Shown here piece after piece: positions 47,156 through 57,498 of a stretch of DNA of 64,000 nt. Below the pieces are notes generated by a model. The model ran no database searches and was not told where the DNA came from. It was given only the letters and a program-made list of their open reading frames with translations. Origin of the DNA: an uncultured Granulosicoccaceae bacterium (lineage in GTDB: Bacteria > Pseudomonadota > Gammaproteobacteria > Granulosicoccales > Granulosicoccaceae); NCBI GenBank assembly GCA_938035945.1, contig CALHOU010000053.1, positions 41,400 to 105,399 on the forward strand, in the 5' to 3' direction. The position numbers and the translations under genes are program-made. The first letter of the stretch is position 1. Each line of letters starts with the position of its first letter.

Positions 47156-48610
47156 CTAACGGCGATTGCGTGGACTGTTACCCGTGGGTGAATTGTCCGT
47201 AGAAGAGCCGGTTTTCCGATTTGCGTTGCGCTCTTTTTTCTTACCCTGCCCACGCTTTTTTGTGGCACGGCTTGCAAACGGATTATCGCCTTGCTTGAAT
47301 TCAATCCTTAACGGTGTGCCGAACATACGCAAGGCTTTGGTGAAGTAATTCATTAAGTAGCGTTGGTATGACGCTGGAATTTTTTCTGTTTGAGTACCAT
47401 GTATAACAATGATGGGTGGATTAACACCACCTTGGTGCGCGTAGCGCATTTTTATACGACGACCATTCACCATCGGTGGTTGGTGTTGCTGCACCGCCAC
47501 TTCTAACAAGCGCGTTAATTTAGGCGTTGGTAAGTCCATAAACGCTGACGCGTAGGCTTTGTTTATTGATTTGAATAAGTCACCCACACCAGAGCCATGC
47601 AATGCACTAATGAAATGTATTTTCGTAAAGCGCAAAAATTCAACTCGACGTTCCAGTTGTTCACGCGCATCTTCGCGTTGTTCTGAATCGAGCGCATCCC
47701 ATTTATTGATGGCAACGATCAGCGCTCGACCTTTCTCAATAGCATAGCCAAGTAAATGCAGGTCTTGCTCGGTTGCGCCGTCTGTAGCATCAATCAATGC
47801 CACACAAACGTTGCAACGATCTATTGCTTGCAGGGTTTTAATCACGCTAAAGATTTCTACTTTTTCAGAAATTTTTCCGCGCCGGCGTACCCCGGCAGTA
47901 TCCACTAACTTGTATTGCTTACCTGCGCGTTCAAACGGAATTGCCACAGCATCACGTGTGGTACCAGGTTGATCATAAGCAATCACCCGTTGTTCACCAA
48001 TCAACCGATTAATAAGCGTGGACTTGCCGACATTCGGTCGACCAACAAAAGCGATGCGAATGTCTTTATTACGTTCCTGTTCGCTTAGCTCTTCTGAGGA
48101 TTGAAATGCACCGGTATCGATGCCTAGTGCTGCGGCGCACTCGTCTACTAAAGACTTTACGCCGCGGTTGTGTGATGCAGCAACGGGGACAGTAGCACCG
48201 ATGCCTAAGGCATAAAATTCGAGCATGGCTTTATCTTCACCCACGCCATCGATCTTATTCACGCACAACAGAACAGGTCCCGCTTCACGCCGCAACAGGT
48301 CTGCGATATCTTCATCAATGGGGTTTAATCCGGCGCGGCCATCAACCATAAACACAACGAGGTCAGCTTCACGTACCGCTTCCAGAGTCTGGTCGGCCAT
48401 CTTTGCATCGAGTGAATCCGGCTCACCACTTAATCCACCAGTGTCGATAACTAGATACGGCCAATCGCCGACAGCACCATCGCCATATTGACGATCACGG
48501 GTAAGCCCAGGCAAATCTGCAACAAGCGCATCCTGGGTTCGAGTGAGTTTATTAAATAGCGTTGACTTACCAACGTTTGGTCGGCCAACTAAAGCTATTA
48601 CCGGCTTCAT
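47156..48610 (-). CDS. der: Ribosome biogenesis GTPase Der (EngA)
   Basis: Two GRPNVGKS G-domains, DTGG/DTAG, KH-like C-domain, basic tail. Confidence 0.99.
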   Translation of the reverse strand: MKPVIALVGRPNVGKSTLFNKLTRTQDALVADLPGLTRDRQYGDGAVGDWPYLVIDTGGLSGEPDSLDAKMADQTLEAVREADLVVFMVDGRAGLNPIDEDIADLLRREAGPVLLCVNKIDGVGEDKAMLEFYALGIGATVPVAASHNRGVKSLVDECAAALGIDTGAFQSSEELSEQERNKDIRIAFVGRPNVGKSTLINRLIGEQRVIAYDQPGTTRDAVAIPFERAGKQYKLVDTAGVRRRGKISEKVEIFSVIKTLQAIDRCNVCVALIDATDGATEQDLHLLGYAIEKGRALIVAINKWDALDSEQREDAREQLERRVEFLRFTKIHFISALHGSGVGDLFKSINKAYASAFMDLPTPKLTRLLEVAVQQHQPPMVNGRRIKMRYAHQGGVNPPIIVIHGTQTEKIPASYQRYLMNYFTKALRMFGTPLRIEFKQGDNPFASRATKKRGQGKKKERNANRKTGSSTDNSPTGNSPRNRR

Positions 48611-48616
48611 GATGAA

Positions 48617-49834
48617 TTACTGCTTGGGACGCAAAGCGGCGACGGTGCCGTCGGCTGCTTGCACAATGATAGTATTTTCTGCTGATGATATTTCAGGAAA
48701 GACAGATTTTTTCGCCACCCGTGAGCGGCCAACTAATCGACCGTCGTCGGCGCTCAGTGTATGTAAATAACCTTCTAAGTCACCGACTAAAACTAAATTA
48801 CCGGATACCACTTGTGGCGCACTTAGGCGTCGATGTTTTAAAGCCGATTGCGTCCAAAGCAATTGACCACCGGCTTTATCAAAAGCATGCACTTCGTCAT
48901 CGTCACCCACAACGAAAATGGCTGTATCTGAGATTGCAAGACCTGCCGTCGATGACATCGGGACAGACCACATGATTTGCCCTTTTGCAGGTTCAATTCG
49001 AGCAAGTCGGCCTTGGTAATTAACCGCATAGATTGCACTGTTATCAACGCGGATACTGCCGTCGATATCAGCAAGGCGTTCAACTTCAGAGCGACCCGCG
49101 GGCACACTCACAACCGATTCCCACAACACACTGCCAGATGCTGAATTCAAGGCGAGCAGTCGGCCATCATCCAAGCCCACCAGCACACCACCATCCAGCA
49201 GTAATGGGCGGCTATAGCCATTGATTGTTAATGCTGGCGGTGTATAAGTTACCGACCAAAGCTCTTCCCCGGTTTCAGGGTTTAACGACAGCAAACGCCC
49301 ATCCGCACTTCTAACGATGACACTGTCAAAACCTGCTGATACGGGCGCTAATACTTCGGATGAGGCTTGCGCTGCCCACGCCGTTTTGCCATCGGTCGTA
49401 TTTAGTGCCTTTATCAGCCCTTCACTGGTGCTGACATACACCCGGCCATCGGAGCCACCCACACCACTGCTAAGAGATACATTTAAATTGCGAATCCATT
49501 TACGCTTGCCTGACTCTTGTTCAATGGCAATGACTTCGCCAGCACGACTAGCTGCGTAAATAACACCGTCTAAAACCAGCGGCTGAAAACGACCTTTCTC
49601 AGACTTTTCTAACTTGCGCGTCCACAGACGATCAAGCTTTGATTCGATTTGAATCGATGCTAACTCGGTTGGAGGAACGACTGGATCGGTCGCACACGAT
49701 GACACAAAAAACGCCACACCCACCACGCCAAGCAAGCGTTTAATGTACTTGCCTGATGTGGATAAAAACAATGGTGTTTTATAAGCGTGACGACAAGTCA
49801 TATCAGCTTTTGCCACCAACGGTCGCAAGCTCAT
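48617..49834 (-). CDS. bamB: Outer membrane assembly lipoprotein BamB
   Basis: Lipobox VSSC, PQQ-type beta-propeller repeats, yfgM-bamB-der synteny; true start probably downstream of 49834. Confidence 0.9.
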   Translation of the reverse strand: MSLRPLVAKADMTCRHAYKTPLFLSTSGKYIKRLLGVVGVAFFVSSCATDPVVPPTELASIQIESKLDRLWTRKLEKSEKGRFQPLVLDGVIYAASRAGEVIAIEQESGKRKWIRNLNVSLSSGVGGSDGRVYVSTSEGLIKALNTTDGKTAWAAQASSEVLAPVSAGFDSVIVRSADGRLLSLNPETGEELWSVTYTPPALTINGYSRPLLLDGGVLVGLDDGRLLALNSASGSVLWESVVSVPAGRSEVERLADIDGSIRVDNSAIYAVNYQGRLARIEPAKGQIMWSVPMSSTAGLAISDTAIFVVGDDDEVHAFDKAGGQLLWTQSALKHRRLSAPQVVSGNLVLVGDLEGYLHTLSADDGRLVGRSRVAKKSVFPEISSAENTIIVQAADGTVAALRPKQ

Positions 49835-50438
49835 TGAATTTCATTTCCAGCGCACCAGGGTCTACCGCATTATCTGAATCCATCGCTGCTTGATAGGCCG
49901 ATTTGGCTTCAGCTAGTTCACCAGCGGCAACATGTAGGTCCCCTCGCGCTTCTTCAACAATGTGAGTAAACGAATCTGAATACTTTTTCGGCAAGACCGC
50001 TAAACCACCTGCCGCATCGCCTTGCGCTGCTTTAACTCGAGCCAATCGAACGCGCGCGATCACACCCACTTCATCGAGCTCTGAATTTTCCATTGCCCAC
50101 GTCAAATGCTTAGCTGCCGCATCCAAATCGTTTTGTTCAACCGCGGAACGTGCTGCAGCTAAGGCTGTGTAAGCAGAATAAAGCGTACCATCGTGATCAT
50201 CTTTTGCAGCTGCCACCAGTTCCTTAACTTTATCGTGATCACCTGCTTGCAAGGCTTCTAAGGTTTGGCTGAAGTTGTCGGACGCAGCAACGGCTGCTTT
50301 TTCCTGCGAGCTTTTCCACCACATCCACGCACCAACAAGTAGCGCGCCGATAAGGATACCCGCGATAACCGCTCTACCGTTTTCGGCCCACCACGCTTTC
50401 ATGGCTTCGACTTGTTGTTCTTCGGTTTCGTATTGCAC
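49803..50438 (-). CDS. yfgM: YfgM family TPR membrane protein
   Basis: ETEEQQVE..K.WW.ENG, TM, RLARV, RGD. Confidence 0.92.
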   Translation of the reverse strand: MQYETEEQQVEAMKAWWAENGRAVIAGILIGALLVGAWMWWKSSQEKAAVAASDNFSQTLEALQAGDHDKVKELVAAAKDDHDGTLYSAYTALAAARSAVEQNDLDAAAKHLTWAMENSELDEVGVIARVRLARVKAAQGDAAGGLAVLPKKYSDSFTHIVEEARGDLHVAAGELAEAKSAYQAAMDSDNAVDPGALEMKFNELATVGGKS

Positions 50439-50477
50439 CGTGTATCTCCGTAAGGTCTTTACCGACCCAGCTAATGG

Positions 50478-51245
50478 TTATTGCAGTGGTCGGGATAGAT
50501 ATTCCCCTGCTTCTCTCGAGGCAGGGAATTCATTGAGTAATTTGTTAGCGTACTGCTCGGCCGCTGCCGTACGACCCGTATCGCGGTTGATCTTAATGCC
50601 GAGCAGCAAACTCTCTGGCGAATCTGCACCGTATGATCGGTAACGATCAAAATAGGCTTCAGCAACGGTTAATCGTTGACGCTTGTATAAAAGCTCAGAC
50701 ATGTGCAAATAGGTATTTGCAAACTTAGGATTAATTTGCAAGGCTTTGCGCAAATAGGTTTCTGCACTATCGAGTCGATCGGCATCGAGCATGCAAACAC
50801 CAGCATTATCCAAAGCAAACTCAGGGGTTTTGTAGTACTTATTGTTCGCAGCAATGCTGAACTGTTCCTCTGCCCCATCAAAGTCTTTTACTTGACAAAG
50901 AAAAATGCCAAAGCTGTTGCGATGGTCGGCTTCGTCTGGCTCGAGTTTTATCGCCTCTAGAAAATGTTTACGTGCCTTAGTTGGTTGTTCAACAACGTAT
51001 TGCAACTGCCCATAGGTAACGTGTGCCAAGGCGTTGCGCTTATCTTGTACGAGTGCCTTTTCGAGTTTGTCTCGGGCTTGTTCAAGTTCGCCTTTTTGCA
51101 AAAAGCCAGCGCCAAGTTGTGCGTTGTATTGAGCTGCCTCTTTGGAATCTTTTTTACTTAAGCCTGAACTAACACAAGATTGCAGCAGGGTACCCATAAC
51201 GAGTACCAGCCCAAGCTTGATTATTTTTGTCTTGCCTTGCTTCAT
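50478..51245 (-). CDS. pilW: Type IV pilus pilotin PilW/PilF (TPR lipoprotein)
   Basis: Lipobox LQSC, QLG..L, N.FG.FLC, NAG.C; follows rlmN. Confidence 0.9.
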   Translation of the reverse strand: MKQGKTKIIKLGLVLVMGTLLQSCVSSGLSKKDSKEAAQYNAQLGAGFLQKGELEQARDKLEKALVQDKRNALAHVTYGQLQYVVEQPTKARKHFLEAIKLEPDEADHRNSFGIFLCQVKDFDGAEEQFSIAANNKYYKTPEFALDNAGVCMLDADRLDSAETYLRKALQINPKFANTYLHMSELLYKRQRLTVAEAYFDRYRSYGADSPESLLLGIKINRDTGRTAAAEQYANKLLNEFPASREAGEYLSRPLQ

Positions 51246-52351
51246 TGAAACTGTTCTCCAAAGCGCGGTTCGGCAAACCGAATATAGCGCTTACTACGAT
51301 CAGTAATATCACCAGCCAATTGCCCACACGCAGCGTCAATATCGTCGCCACGAGTAGCCCGGGTCAGTGTCAGAATCCCACCATCTGTTAGAAGTTTAGT
51401 AAATCTGGCTACAGCTGCATTACTGGATCGCTTGTAACCCGACTCCGAAAACGGATTAAACGGGATGAGATTGACCTTTCCGGGAAAATCTCGCAATAAC
51501 TCGACCAATTCGAGTGCATGTTCGGGTTTATCGTTCACCCCAGCCAACATGACATATTCGAATAACACGCGTTTTTTGCGCTCGCCCTGCACATAGCGCC
51601 AGCACGCCCCCATCAATTGCTCGATGGGGTACTTTTTATTGACCGGCACCAGCTCGTCGCGCAAGGCATCATTTGGTGCATGCAATGACACAGCCAATGA
51701 CACATCAATGTCATTGGTGAGCCTGTCCATCGCCGGCACTACACCTGACGTGCTAACCGTGACACGACGTTTACTCAAACCATAGGCACGGTCATCTAAC
51801 ATCAATCTTAATGATGGCACCAATTTGCTAAAGTTAAGCAGCGGTTCGCCCATGCCCATCATCACAATATTGCTAATGCGTCGATGTTTGGTTTCAGGAT
51901 TCACAGCAAGAAGATTGGTTGCCAACCACAATTGGCCAATGATTTCACTGACCGATAAATTGCGATTAAAACCTTGCCGACCCGTTGCACAGAATGAACA
52001 GTCAAGTGCGCAACCCACTTGCGATGAGATACACAAGGTGCCGCGATTTGCTTCCGGAATAAAAACCGTTTCTATCACATTTCCGTCGTGCAGCTCGAAC
52101 AACCATTTGCAGGTGCCATCTTTCGATAGCAGTTCTTGTTGCACCTTGGGCAGCGTGGTGCAGGTTTGTTCTTTTAAGCGTTCGCGCAATGGTTTTGAAA
52201 TGTTGCTCATCAAGTCTATATCGCGCACGTTTTGCTGATATAGCCATTGCATGACTTGTTTTGCTCGATACGGTTTTTCGCCAGCCGCAACAAAGTAATC
52301 ACGCAAACCGTCGTGATCAAAGTCGAACAAATTGACTTTCGTTGTGGTCAT
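51242..52351 (-). CDS. rlmN: 23S rRNA/tRNA m2A methyltransferase RlmN
   Basis: [15 protein letters not shown] radical-SAM motif, MGMGEP, AACGQL. Confidence 0.98.
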   Translation of the reverse strand: MTTTKVNLFDFDHDGLRDYFVAAGEKPYRAKQVMQWLYQQNVRDIDLMSNISKPLRERLKEQTCTTLPKVQQELLSKDGTCKWLFELHDGNVIETVFIPEANRGTLCISSQVGCALDCSFCATGRQGFNRNLSVSEIIGQLWLATNLLAVNPETKHRRISNIVMMGMGEPLLNFSKLVPSLRLMLDDRAYGLSKRRVTVSTSGVVPAMDRLTNDIDVSLAVSLHAPNDALRDELVPVNKKYPIEQLMGACWRYVQGERKKRVLFEYVMLAGVNDKPEHALELVELLRDFPGKVNLIPFNPFSESGYKRSSNAAVARFTKLLTDGGILTLTRATRGDDIDAACGQLAGDITDRSKRYIRFAEPRFGEQFQ

Positions 52352-52447
52352 GGCTTAACCGAATTATCAAACATTAAGGCAATGATGCTTACCGATAATT
52401 TAAGTTCTTGCACGCGTGGCGATTACACTACGCGCGCAGGAAATAAA

Positions 52448-52879
52448 TTAACGTGTGCGGTTGCAGATACCATCAGCACCGAAGAAAAATTTAATCTCTT
52501 CTGCCGCTGTTTCAGGCGCATCGGAACCGTGACAGGCATTCTCATCTATCGATGTTGCAAAACGCTTGCGAACAGTGCCTTCGGCAGCTTCTGCAGGGTT
52601 GGTTGCGCCCATCACATCACGGTGCTTGGCAATGGCGTTTTCGCCTTGCAGAGCTTGCACCATAACTGGCCCAGAGGTCATAAAAGCAACCAAGTCATTG
52701 TAGAACGGACGTTCTTTGTGTACTGCGTAAAATTCGCCAGCTTGCTCTTTTGTCAGGTGGACCATTTTGGCCGCAACCACTTGAAGACCTGCCGCCTCGA
52801 ACATGGCGTAAATTTCGCCAATGACATTCTTCGCAACCGCGTCTGGTTTAATGATGGATAAGGTATTTTCAACAGCCAT
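52448..52879 (-). CDS. ndk: Nucleoside diphosphate kinase
   Basis: [24 protein letters not shown]. Confidence 0.99.
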   Translation of the reverse strand: MAVENTLSIIKPDAVAKNVIGEIYAMFEAAGLQVVAAKMVHLTKEQAGEFYAVHKERPFYNDLVAFMTSGPVMVQALQGENAIAKHRDVMGATNPAEAAEGTVRKRFATSIDENACHGSDAPETAAEEIKFFFGADGICNRTR

Positions 52880-52948
52880 TGTCAGGGCTCCAGTAGTTGG
52901 TTTAAATTAACCGCCCATTGTAGCCTGTTTCGCCCAGCTAATGGCTTA

Positions 52949-53527
52949 TTAAGCGCTCGACGCGAGTTTCACCGTCTGCATTGTGAGTGGCAAATGTGAT
53001 GAGGTGTCAAATTCTGCACCAGCCTCGGCACCCGCTTTGGCAATATCCTTGGCCGTTTTGTACTTGTTGTACACCGCATGCATGGCACCCAGGGCGTAAC
53101 AGGCGCCAGAACCCACCGCCCAATAGTGGGTGTATTCATACACTTCGCGCAGTGAGTACATGGCAAATATGCCATTTTTATTGACGTAAACCGCATCAAT
53201 CTGACTGGTTTCGTATGGGTCTTCCTCTTGATCTTTCGGATTCAGGTAGTACTTCTCTTTAAGCACGGGGTGCAGCCGAATCAGGGTGTCGAAGGAGCTA
53301 TCGCGGGTTGAGAAGTCGGCCTTGACGTCTTTGTCATTGAACGCACGCTCCGCCACCAGGGTGTGCGCAGCACTGCCAACGATGCCCATGTGGGTTTTGC
53401 CGAAAGTCTGAATTTTATTGTGATTATGGTCCAGGTGCGCGCCGAGGCGTATATCGCCAAAGGTAGTCAGCGTATCGGCTGCAATGCAGGCCATATTGCC
53501 CTTTCGAGCGACGACAATAGTAGACAA
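52949..53527 (-). CDS. Proteasome beta-type Ntn hydrolase (BPH/HslV-like) with Ser at position 1
   Basis: (M)STIVV...IAADT.TT.G with Asp17 after Met removal, NKI, VGSG..YALGAM; TTG start. Confidence 0.8.
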   Translation of the reverse strand: MSTIVVARKGNMACIAADTLTTFGDIRLGAHLDHNHNKIQTFGKTHMGIVGSAAHTLVAERAFNDKDVKADFSTRDSSFDTLIRLHPVLKEKYYLNPKDQEEDPYETSQIDAVYVNKNGIFAMYSLREVYEYTHYWAVGSGACYALGAMHAVYNKYKTAKDIAKAGAEAGAEFDTSSHLPLTMQTVKLASSA

Positions 53528-53736
53528 GGAAAGTAACCATCCATTTTTGGGTTAGTGGGTATAGTCTGCCACGGTTACCGGCCGAGTGTTGCCAACTCTG
53601 GCAGCATTAACCACCAGCCACTTAATTTAAGAAAAAACGAGTAAAAACAAGGCAGTTGCTGATATTGAAGCGGCGGTTTCAGGCAGTTCGAGACCCAGAT
53701 CCCGCTTTGTCTGGAACTGGGTTTGAAAGCGATTGG

Positions 53737-54240
53737 CTAGTCGCTGTCTTTGAGCAAAGACAACTGGTTCGCAGCGATTTTTCCATCCGGTGTGGCTTCC
53801 AGGGTTTCGATCGCCTCGCGAAAGGCCGCCACATCCTCAAAGGAGCGATATACCGAGGCAAAGCGAATGTAGGCCACCTGATCCAACTGCTTAAGCTCTT
53901 CCATGACCCAACCACCGATTTGCCGCGCATCAATCTCGCGCTCGCCGGCCACCAGACAACGGTGCCGAACCCGCGCTACCGCTTCATCGATGAGTTCAAC
54001 GCTAACAGGACGCTTTTCCAGTGCCTTTTGAAAACCGGCTTGCAGCTTTTTATCTGAAAATGGCTCGCGATTGCCCCGGCTCTTAACGATGCGCGGCAGG
54101 TTCAATTCGGCAGATTCATAGGTCGTAAAGCGCTCTTCGCACTCTGTACACTCACGTCGCCGACGCACTTGATCGTTGTCACCAACCAATCGTGAATCAA
54201 CAACTTTGGTATCGATCGCACCGCAAAAAGGGCAGCGCAT
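53737..54240 (-). CDS. nrdR: Transcriptional repressor NrdR
   Basis: MRCPFC..DSR...RRRREC..C..RFTTYE, ATP cone, [10 protein letters not shown]. Confidence 0.98.
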   Translation of the reverse strand: MRCPFCGAIDTKVVDSRLVGDNDQVRRRRECTECEERFTTYESAELNLPRIVKSRGNREPFSDKKLQAGFQKALEKRPVSVELIDEAVARVRHRCLVAGEREIDARQIGGWVMEELKQLDQVAYIRFASVYRSFEDVAAFREAIETLEATPDGKIAANQLSLLKDSD

Positions 54241-54455
54241 TGTTTTTCTCCTAAAAAAAGCAGCTTGCAAATACAGCAAATCGGGCGCACGCAATCCCGC
54301 TGGCTGCGGGAGATTACCACATGGGCTGTGTTATTATCCGGCAGTTACGCGGCGCAGGCAATGGACCACAGCCGATTCTGGCTTGTAGCTTGCTCACTTA
54401 ACAACTAATTACATCCGAACATCACATCAATTTACAAGCACGAGGAATTTTCGCA

Positions 54456-55439
54456 ATGACACAGCCAAAGCGCATTGCCGTAACAGGCGCGGCCGGACAA
54501 ATTTGTTACTCCATGCTGTTTCGCATCGCCGCTGGCGCAATATATGGCCCAGACCAGCCAGTGAGCTTGCACCTTCTTGAAATCACGCCAGCGCTAGGGC
54601 TGCTTGAAGCTGTGAAAATGGAACTCGACGATTGCGCATTCCCATTGCTCAACGATGTGGTATGCACCGACGACCCGAAAGTGGCTTTAAACAAAGTCGA
54701 CGCTGTGCTATTCGTTGGCGCAAAACCCCGTGGCCCAGGCATGGAACGCAGCGACTTGATCACCGATAACGGCAAAATCTTCAGCTCACTTGGCAAAGTG
54801 CTAAACGAAGTAGGCAACCCTGACTGCAAAGTGTGTGTGGTCGGTAACCCTGCGAACACTAACGCTTATATACTTAAAGCGAATGCGCCCAACATAAACC
54901 CACGCAATATCACGGCCCTTACGCGCTTAGACCACAACCGAGCGTTGTCGCAACTCGCGGCCAAAGCTGGCGCGCGTATTGGTGACATTCAGCAGATGGT
55001 GATTTGGGGCAACCACTCAACCACACAAGTACCAGATATCTCTTACGCATCGATTAACGGCAAAGCCGCTTCTGATCTTGTTGATCAAAGCTGGGCGCGC
55101 GATGAGTTTATTCCAACCGTTGCCAAACGTGGTGCTGCAGTTATTCAGGCACGCGGTAGTTCAAGTGCCGCCTCAGCTGCAAACGGTGTTATCGATCACA
55201 TGGCAAGCTGGATTCAGGGCACGCCGGATGGTGATTGGGTCAGTATGGCTGTTCCTAGTGACGGTAGCTATGGCATTGACGAGGGTTTGATTTACTCATT
55301 CCCAGTTCAGTGCAAAGATGGCGACTACACCATCATCAGTGATTTGGATGTTGGTGACTTTATTAAGGAAAAGATGCAAGCGAGCCAACAAGAATTGCGT
55401 GATGAGCGCGACACAGTAGCTGCATTACTTTCATCGTAA
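54456..55439 (+). CDS. mdh: Malate dehydrogenase (MDH type 2)
   Basis: [38 protein letters not shown]. Confidence 0.98.
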   Translation: MTQPKRIAVTGAAGQICYSMLFRIAAGAIYGPDQPVSLHLLEITPALGLLEAVKMELDDCAFPLLNDVVCTDDPKVALNKVDAVLFVGAKPRGPGMERSDLITDNGKIFSSLGKVLNEVGNPDCKVCVVGNPANTNAYILKANAPNINPRNITALTRLDHNRALSQLAAKAGARIGDIQQMVIWGNHSTTQVPDISYASINGKAASDLVDQSWARDEFIPTVAKRGAAVIQARGSSSAASAANGVIDHMASWIQGTPDGDWVSMAVPSDGSYGIDEGLIYSFPVQCKDGDYTIISDLDVGDFIKEKMQASQQELRDERDTVAALLSS

Positions 55440-55452
55440 GATTTTAGTATTC

Positions 55453-55486
55453 ACTATCGGCCGGACGTGTGTGTTCGGTCGATAGT
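55453..55486. terminator. Hairpin between the convergent mdh and msrQ genes
   Basis: ACTATCGGCCGGAC-N6-GTTCGGTCGATAGT (14-bp stem with G-U pairs on the + strand). Confidence 0.55.
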
Positions 55487-55493
55487 CAGGACT

Positions 55494-56159
55494 CTACACA
55501 GCCTGCCTGCGCTTATTCCATTGCGCTACAAAGCCTTTTAATCGAAACAGCATCAACACAAACAATACGAAAAGATAAACCAAGGGCTCTATTTGATCGC
55601 CTTTTGCTAACCAGATGTAGTGCACGACCCCAGCAATGGCTGCGATATACACCAACTTATGCAGAGATTGCCAACGCTTACCGAGTCTGCGCATCATGCC
55701 TTTGGTAGACGTTAACGCCAACGGCACCAAGATCAGAAACGATACGGTTCCAGCCAGAATATAAGGCCTTTCAAGAACGTCCAACAAAATAGCGCTAACG
55801 TCCAACTGCTGATCAAGAATCATGTACGTAAGCAAGTGCGTAACGACATAGAAGAACGCAAACAGGCCCACCATACGGCGCAATCGAATCGGCCACGGTT
55901 TACGAAACATCATGCGCAGCGGTGTCATGCACAGGCTGAGTAATAAAATACGCAAAGCCCATTCGCCAGTGTGATGCGTAATAGCCTCGATTGGGTTTGC
56001 GCCTAATTGACCGTTAAACAAAGCATAAATCAGCCACGCAAATGGCAGGCTTAACAAGACGAATACCACAGGCTTTAGCATTGCTCTCATAACAACGCCA
56101 CTGGATTGAGTTGAAGCAGGGCCCGATTGTATGGTTTTTTGATCAAAGTATGTAGTCAT
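55494..56159 (-). CDS. msrQ: Heme membrane subunit MsrQ (YedZ)
   Basis: GANP.E.I.H.TG.W, RRM.GL.AF.Y...H, LALTS, W..LH.LVY; start may be near 56090. Confidence 0.95.
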   Translation of the reverse strand: MTTYFDQKTIQSGPASTQSSGVVMRAMLKPVVFVLLSLPFAWLIYALFNGQLGANPIEAITHHTGEWALRILLLSLCMTPLRMMFRKPWPIRLRRMVGLFAFFYVVTHLLTYMILDQQLDVSAILLDVLERPYILAGTVSFLILVPLALTSTKGMMRRLGKRWQSLHKLVYIAAIAGVVHYIWLAKGDQIEPLVYLFVLFVLMLFRLKGFVAQWNKRRQAV

Positions 56160-56271
56160 ACCAACATGGAGTGTTTAGGGCTAAACAGGTTCCATGAAAA
56201 ATCGTTAACCACCTTAGGCTGCGCGATACTTCACGCAGTTAAAGGAATCTTTTAGATGCGCATGGCAAGTT

Positions 56272-57300
56272 CTAAAAAAACTTTTTCAAATCCATATCAG
56301 CATAGAGTTCTGCCACCTCTTCCCCATACCCGTTCATAAACTGCGATGGAATTTTAGCGGAGAACAATGCGGCCAAGCCAGACGTGTCGCCCGACAAGCG
56401 TCTCTCCTTTGCCTGACTCCAACGTGGGTGGCTTACATCTGGGTTTACATTACTGTAAAAACCATATTCATGTGGTGCTGACATGTTCCAACTAGTGGGC
56501 GGTTGCTTTTCTGTAAAGCTAATACGAACAATAGACTTAATGCTTTTGTAACCATACTTCCACGGCACAACTAAACGCATGGGCGCACCGTTTTGATTTG
56601 GAATAACATTGCCATACATACCAATCGCCATGAAAGCCAATGGATGCATGGCTTCATCGATGCGCAACCCTTCAACGTATGGCCAGTCCAGAACGCGTGA
56701 GCTCATGCCAGGCAAATTATCGTCCTGCACAGTTTCGAAGGCCACGTATTTCGCATTTGCATTGGGTTTAAAACGTTTGAGTAAATCACCTAAAGCAAAA
56801 CCGTTCCATGGAATCACCATGGACCATGCTTCTACACAACGAAACCGGTATATGCGTTCTTCAATAGCGTGCGGTTTGAGGATGTCTTCAATAGTAAACG
56901 TGCCAGGCGCGTTGCACTCGCCATCAACGACCACGCTCCACGGATCGGTGACCAATTTATCGGCATATTTAACTGGGTCGCCTTTATCTGTCCCAAGCTC
57001 ATAGAAATTGTTGTAAGTGGTGGCAGTCGCCTCCGATGTAAGTTCGTCGGTCGCGTTACCTTCCCATTGTGTCACCGGTTGCGACAATGCCTTGGCATGT
57101 GCGGCGGAACCGATAAAACCGGTAACGCCTGCGGCCATGGTGCCTTGAATAATTTGACGCCTGCGCCGAAAAACCGATTCGTCAGTGATTTCGCTGCTTT
57201 TTATTCTTGCTGTTCGCATCCAATCTTTCATGCACATGGCCCGATTAGTTAGTTTTATAGACGCCTGAGACACTGAAATTGAGATTAAATTCCGTGCCAC
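56272..57300 (-). CDS. msrP: Periplasmic methionine sulfoxide reductase catalytic subunit MsrP (YedY)
   Basis: SEIT.E..F..RR (Tat), YNNFYE, RCVEAWS, NGAP.RLVVPWKYG.KS; true start probably near 57230. Confidence 0.96.
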   Translation of the reverse strand: MARNLISISVSQASIKLTNRAMCMKDWMRTARIKSSEITDESVFRRRRQIIQGTMAAGVTGFIGSAAHAKALSQPVTQWEGNATDELTSEATATTYNNFYELGTDKGDPVKYADKLVTDPWSVVVDGECNAPGTFTIEDILKPHAIEERIYRFRCVEAWSMVIPWNGFALGDLLKRFKPNANAKYVAFETVQDDNLPGMSSRVLDWPYVEGLRIDEAMHPLAFMAIGMYGNVIPNQNGAPMRLVVPWKYGYKSIKSIVRISFTEKQPPTSWNMSAPHEYGFYSNVNPDVSHPRWSQAKERRLSGDTSGLAALFSAKIPSQFMNGYGEEVAELYADMDLKKFF

Positions 57301-57498
57301 TTAACATTTTTCAGTCATTTAAATCGATGCAAACAGCGCACCGAACACCCGAATTTGAAGCCTGGATCTAACATTTAGTATATGCCAGCCACAAAACCCT
57401 GCAGCAAAACCTGACCATGCTCCCAACGATCGTCTTATTGGCCCGATTCCTGATACAGCCATTAGAGATATTTTTCATTTGCAGCATAGACGGTAAAT

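Noticed and set aside
52949-54300. Impression of higher GC around the BPH-like gene and nrdR
   Set aside because: Not quantified; nrdR is a core gene and no mobility genes or flanking repeats are visible
57368-57498. Possible frameshifted 5' extension of the DUF4011-like gene
   Set aside because: In-frame stops lie upstream, and the other frames give short peptides with no DUF4011-like N-terminal motif
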